Below are positions 59,854 through 64,000 of a stretch of DNA of 64,000 bases, piece after piece. Every line of letters begins with the position of its first letter. Positions within the stretch are counted from its first letter, which is position 1. A program made the position numbers and the translations under genes. This DNA is from Chryseolinea sp. GTDB taxonomy: Bacteria > Bacteroidota > Bacteroidia > Cytophagales > Cyclobacteriaceae. The stretch is from the NCBI GenBank assembly GCA_039916665.1, contig JBDSKX010000061.1, positions 57,055-121,054 of the forward strand, written 5' to 3'. A model generated the notes under the pieces. That model worked only from the letters and a program-made list of their open reading frames with translations. It ran no database searches and was not told the DNA's origin.

Positions 59854-60579
59854 ATGAAAATAACAATAGAGAAAAGTGAACGTGAATTTGATATAGCCGC
59901 TGCGTGGCGGATCATCGGACAGATGCTTGAAAAGCCCAATGCTGTTATCGGCCTGTCAACGGGACAAACGACGTTGAACATGCATGCCGTAGTTTCTGAG
60001 ATCTACGCCAAGTATCGATTTGACGTTTCACGTGTGACCTTGTTTAATGTCGATGAGCTAACGAACCTTCCGCGAGAGTATTCCGGCAGTTGTTACACAA
60101 TGATATTGAATCAGATTGCGGCGCCTTTGGGAATTCCCAATGAAAATTTCATTATGCCTCCAACGCTTTCAAACGATTTTGAGGCAGAATGTTTGCTTTT
60201 TGAAAAGAGACTTCAAGAACGTGGTGGTGCGGATCTGCAAATGCTTGGTCTTGGTGCGAATGGACATATTGGAATCAATCAACCAGGAACACCCTTTGAA
60301 AGTGAGACATGGGTTTCTCCTATGGATCCCGACTTTGAGGCGCGCGTCAGAAGGGAGACTAACGTGCCTGCAGATCACATTTTGGGCGGGCTTACGAGAG
60401 GCATCAAAAATATCATGCATACCAGGAAGCTGATATTGATTGCGAAAGGCAAACATAAAGCGGCAATGGTGAGGCAGGCAGTACTTGGTCCGGTGACTAC
60501 GGATATTCCCGCTTCGGTTTTGCAGCTGCATCCCAATTGCGAGATACTACTGGACGCTGATGCAGCGTCGGAACTATAG
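59854..60579 (+). CDS. nagB: Glucosamine-6-phosphate deaminase-like protein (atypical)
   Basis: GLSTGQT, FNVDE, LGANGHIGINQPG, PASVLQLHP. Confidence 0.82.
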   Translation: MKITIEKSEREFDIAAAWRIIGQMLEKPNAVIGLSTGQTTLNMHAVVSEIYAKYRFDVSRVTLFNVDELTNLPREYSGSCYTMILNQIAAPLGIPNENFIMPPTLSNDFEAECLLFEKRLQERGGADLQMLGLGANGHIGINQPGTPFESETWVSPMDPDFEARVRRETNVPADHILGGLTRGIKNIMHTRKLILIAKGKHKAAMVRQAVLGPVTTDIPASVLQLHPNCEILLDADAASEL

Positions 60580-60793
60580 TTGCTTTCTCAGAGCGGAACC
60601 TGTCACTACTGCAGCGTAGTGCACTGCAAGTGCATCTCAAATTCAGACTTCAGTACTTTTTTCAGGAACCGTGTACTTACGATTGCAAAAAGTATCGTGT
60701 GTGTGAAGGCTAAGTGATTTGGACTAATGTTATAGTAGGACGGCCAAACCTTGAGGCTTCTTGCCATCAGGAGGAAACGTGAGGTATATTGTC

Positions 60794-60967
60794 ATGCTAT
60801 TTTTGTTAACGCCTATTTCTGCTTTATCGCAGGAGATACAGTTGCCGGGGATTGTACTGGGATCTGATGGCAGCCACTACCGTCAGCCTCTGTTAGAGCG
60901 ACTCCGAACAAAAGGATTGTTGCTGATCAACAAGGACATTTTACAGTGTCATTCAGAAAGAAATTAA
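60794..60967 (+). pseudogene. Relic 5' end of a carboxypeptidase-regulatory-like domain protein
   Basis: Signal-like MLFLLTPISALSQ..LPGIVLGSDG, then a 1-nt shift at about 60870 to QPLPSASV...ADQQGHF; truncated. Confidence 0.5.
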
Positions 60968-61034
60968 CGACAGCTTTAGATCTCCCACCTTTGCTACAAA
61001 CCGTTAAATTATGTTACAGCAGTTAAGAAGGACC

Positions 61035-61184
61035 TATTATAAATTTCTGAAGCTTCGTAGCGACAGCGAATTCAATCTTGGAGATTTCATTAGTTGGCCA
61101 ATAAATTATCCCTCCAATGTTAACGGAGGATATGGCTTTTTCAATCTATACTTGCCTGACGTGAGGATTTTTGTAGTCGAGTGA
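61035..61184 (+). pseudogene. Relic 3' end of a DUF4249-like protein
   Basis: YYKFLKL...YPSNVNGGYGFFNLY...* with no start. Confidence 0.45.
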
Positions 61185-61338
61185 TAGAACATTGTGGCAG
61201 TCGATTCAAAGCTGAAGTTGTACAACTGCAAATGAAAAGCTCCGTTGATGTATAACCTGTGTCGAAATCTGCCGGAAGATATAACTTTATCATTAGCGCG
61301 CAACAAATATTCAATTGTTGCATAAACATAAAAAAAGC

Positions 61339-62874
61339 ATGAGGAGAATTATGATAATGATGTTCGCTTCGCTGTCGACATTGTGTAATGCGCAACCTGC
61401 GACTAAGCACAAATCAACGCCGATAGCTTTTACTGCAGATGAGGATCATCAGAATATGATGGATCAATTAGGCGTTAAGGCGCTTCGACCTGGGCCAAGT
61501 GGCAACGAGTCAGCACCAAATCACGCGAATTATGACGAGTCTGTGGCTAACCCATATCCTGATCTACCCGATCCGTTGGTATTGAATAATGGAAAGAAAG
61601 TGACAACAGCTGATATGTGGTGGAAGCAACGGCGACCCGAGATCGTCGAAGATTTTGAACGGGAAGTGTATGGTCGACTTCCGAAGAATATTCCGAAGGT
61701 TACCTGGAAGGTTGTTCTTTCCGAACGCGAAAATCTTGGCTTTACCCCGGTATTGACACGGAAAGTCATTGGCCATGTTGACAACTCTATGTATGCACAG
61801 ATTGATGTCAATATTTCGATGATAGTTGTGACACCTGCAAATGCAAAAGGTCCTGTGCCTGTACTGATGATGTTTGGCACGTCGACATTCCCTGCGGCAG
61901 TACAACCCAACAAAGATGATTTTGAAAAATTAAATGCTGCCTTTCGGGAATTGATGTCCAAGGATCCAGAGATTAAGGCATTGCTGGATAAATACCCGAC
62001 GTATAGCCCACTCGTGAGACCTGCTGGCGTGACCGCGTCGGGTTTCCAAATGCCACAGCCGGGTGAGCCGTCGCCAACAAATCAATTGATTGCTGATGGA
62101 TGGGGATTTGTGTTAATCGAGCCGGGCTCAATTCAGGCAGATAATGGCGAAGGAATAACAAAAGGAATTATAGGATTAGTGAATAAGGGCCAACCGAGAA
62201 AGCCTGACGATTGGGGAGCTCTTCGGGCCTGGAGTTGGGGCGCGGCGCGCGCATTGGATTATCTCGAGACGGATGCAACTGTTGATTCAAAACACATTGG
62301 AATTGAAGGTGTGTCGAGGTATGGTAAGGCCGCACTGGTCACGCTGGCTTTCGAACCTCGTTTTGCATTCGGATTGATCGGATCGTCAGGCAAAGGTGGA
62401 TCAACATTGCACCGACGAAATTTCGGTGAGGCTGTTGAAAGCCTGACGGGTGGTGAGTATTATTGGATGGCTGGAAACTATATCAAGTATGGCGCGTCCG
62501 AAGGCAAATATGGTAACATGGATGCGGGTAAGCTGCCTGTTGATTCACACGAACTCATTGCACTTTGTGCACCGCGTCCAACATTCATCAGTTATGGCGT
62601 ACCGGAGCAGGGCGACGCAAAGTGGCTGGATCAACAGGGAAGCTATATGGCGACCGTTGCAGCCGGACCTGTGTATAGATTGCTTGGCGCGAAAGACATT
62701 GGTGTTTCAAGTGAATATAAAACAGAAAAGATGCCAGGCATTAATATCAGTTTACTCGATGGCGAGCTCGCGTGGCGACAGCATGATGGAGGTCATACAG
62801 ATGCACCGAATTTCAAGTACTTTATTCCCTGGGCGGATAAATTTGTAAGAGTACCCTCCAAAACAGAAAACTAA
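61339..62874 (+). CDS. CE15 glucuronoyl-esterase-like secreted esterase
   Basis: LPDPL, WGALRAWSWGAARALDYL, GVSRYGK nucleophile motif, ELIALCAPRP, HDGGH. Confidence 0.88.
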   Translation: MRRIMIMMFASLSTLCNAQPATKHKSTPIAFTADEDHQNMMDQLGVKALRPGPSGNESAPNHANYDESVANPYPDLPDPLVLNNGKKVTTADMWWKQRRPEIVEDFEREVYGRLPKNIPKVTWKVVLSERENLGFTPVLTRKVIGHVDNSMYAQIDVNISMIVVTPANAKGPVPVLMMFGTSTFPAAVQPNKDDFEKLNAAFRELMSKDPEIKALLDKYPTYSPLVRPAGVTASGFQMPQPGEPSPTNQLIADGWGFVLIEPGSIQADNGEGITKGIIGLVNKGQPRKPDDWGALRAWSWGAARALDYLETDATVDSKHIGIEGVSRYGKAALVTLAFEPRFAFGLIGSSGKGGSTLHRRNFGEAVESLTGGEYYWMAGNYIKYGASEGKYGNMDAGKLPVDSHELIALCAPRPTFISYGVPEQGDAKWLDQQGSYMATVAAGPVYRLLGAKDIGVSSEYKTEKMPGINISLLDGELAWRQHDGGHTDAPNFKYFIPWADKFVRVPSKTEN

Positions 62875-63022
62875 TCTGTCAGCTTTCGTTAATCGTACCA
62901 TATATCTGCGTTGAATCCCATTTTCGAAAACGGGATAAGATAGTTATCGATACAGAAATTATTCCAGATTTCGTGTATCTCAAACCCGACTTCTGGTCGA
63001 TAAAGGCGGGGAGCGAACGTAT

Positions 63023-63757
63023 TTATTTCGTCGCCTTATGAATGACCATCATTTTAATGATCTCATCCTTGCTCTCGATTTTGGATGCTTCTGGATGGCT
63101 CCCGTTAAATGATTCGACAAATTTGTCGTATTCCACATCAGACATTGAAAATGTGTTTTGAAAAAAGTATTTGGTTTCTTCCGAGGTAATGACATCACTG
63201 TATACTGCCGTTCGTTGAGCGGTTTCACGCATAGTCTTGACCTTCTTTTTTTCCTTTTCCGATTTCGAGAAGCGCGTGACCAGCCCACTGATTGAAACAC
63301 CAGGACCAAATGTTTGCACCAGATAATTGGAATTTGGTCCGGCAGGGTTTTTAAATGCGGATGGTTTTGAGAATGCATTTTTCCATTTATCCGCTCCATG
63401 TGGATTAAAGCCGCCGTATACAGTTACAGGCTGAAGCGTGAAAGCAAACTCGCGGAGAAAGACGATCATGGCAAGTTCGTTCGCCACAACTGTTCGTGTT
63501 CTCTTCGTGTAACCCAATATCGTGAAAAGTATAGTGTCACCTTGTGCACCATAAAGTTTGAATCTCCCGTTGTCGTCGGTGGAAGCGGCCGTATTTTTCG
63601 ATTGGTTGACCACCGTTACGTAGGGAAGTGGTGATTTATTTAACGAATCGTAAACTACCCCGTGAATTTCAAATCCTCCTTGTTGTGCCGTAGACGTAAT
63701 GACGCATATCATGATCAATACAAAGGAGAGGTATAGACAACGAATCCATCTGGCCAT
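63023..63757 (-). CDS. Carboxypeptidase-regulatory-like domain hypothetical protein
   Basis: Signal peptide, GVVYDS...PLPYVTV...STDDNGRF...ILFTILGY. Confidence 0.8.
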   Translation of the reverse strand: MARWIRCLYLSFVLIMICVITSTAQQGGFEIHGVVYDSLNKSPLPYVTVVNQSKNTAASTDDNGRFKLYGAQGDTILFTILGYTKRTRTVVANELAMIVFLREFAFTLQPVTVYGGFNPHGADKWKNAFSKPSAFKNPAGPNSNYLVQTFGPGVSISGLVTRFSKSEKEKKKVKTMRETAQRTAVYSDVITSEETKYFFQNTFSMSDVEYDKFVESFNGSHPEASKIESKDEIIKMMVIHKATK

Positions 63758-63981
63758 AATAAGGGTATGATGCGCAACCTGGTGCATAAAGTTTTGGCAA
63801 AGTATCATTTATTTACCTCATGCGAGGCGCGATATTTCCTCCAGATTGCTTGCAGTAAGGTAGAAGACTCACGCGTTCGGTTTTGACAATGCCTTTTCTT
63901 AACCTAGTTCAAGGGTTTCAATCGCCTGTACCTCCTAAATTTACGTTCATGATAGTAGTTCAAAACAAAGAATCAAACATT

Positions 63982-64000
63982 ATGGAAAGCAAGATTTTAG
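63982..64000 (+). CDS. Possible start of a gene running off the window (MESKIL...)
   Basis: ATG after an A-rich leader at the window edge. Confidence 0.25.

Noticed and set aside
62890-63022. Several hairpins in the convergent CE15/hypothetical gap as an ncRNA or CRISPR-like array
   Set aside because: Stems are unrelated in sequence with no repeat-spacer periodicity; consistent with convergent terminators
1294-63634. The many 60-150 aa ORFs opposite or inside long genes (for example 14241..14678, 21373..21735, 46140..46565, 56665..57096, 61530..61961)
   Set aside because: Fully overlap well-supported CDSs, have no motifs, and look like reverse-frame artefacts
1-64000. rRNA, tRNA, CRISPR arrays, transposases, integrases, phage or defence genes
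   Set aside because: None recognisable by eye; tRNAscan-SE, Infernal and DefenseFinder runs would be needed to exclude them formally

Overview
Bacteroidota DNA, probably a Cytophagales-type organism (inferred from SusC/SusD pairs, a T9SS-like C-terminal relic, a MacB-type permease and A-rich non-SD start regions). Four blocks. (1) About 1-30 kb: a general-stress/desiccation island with surE-ku-ligD (NHEJ), a lipid kinase, a GH57-like/glgX/treZ/treY-malQ operon, treS-mak, an Fpg/Nei glycosylase, DUF763, SRPBCC, MBL, NUDIX, a hydrophilic small protein, a YciF-like protein and DUF1328. Many of these genes share a positionally conserved sigma54-like motif and an upstream TGTGGAWWWT element. (2) About 30-35 kb: transporters, DinB, a frameshifted DUF4038 gene and a lipoprotein. 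(3) About 35-49 kb: a PUL with FecR, two tandem SusC/SusD pairs, a GH29 fucosidase and an ECF sigma placed at the far end. (4) About 50-61 kb, the most striking part: a complete mannose-family PTS operon (IIA, IIB, fused IIC-IID, its own EI and HPr). It comes with an NrtR/AraR-family regulator with two palindromic operators, a secreted ThuA-GH9 glucosaminidase-like fusion, an atypical NagB and a divergent lipoprotein copper amine oxidase. Gene relics mark the borders of blocks 3 and 4. No rRNA, tRNA, CRISPR array or transposase was seen. All calls are by eye from motifs; no database searches were run.
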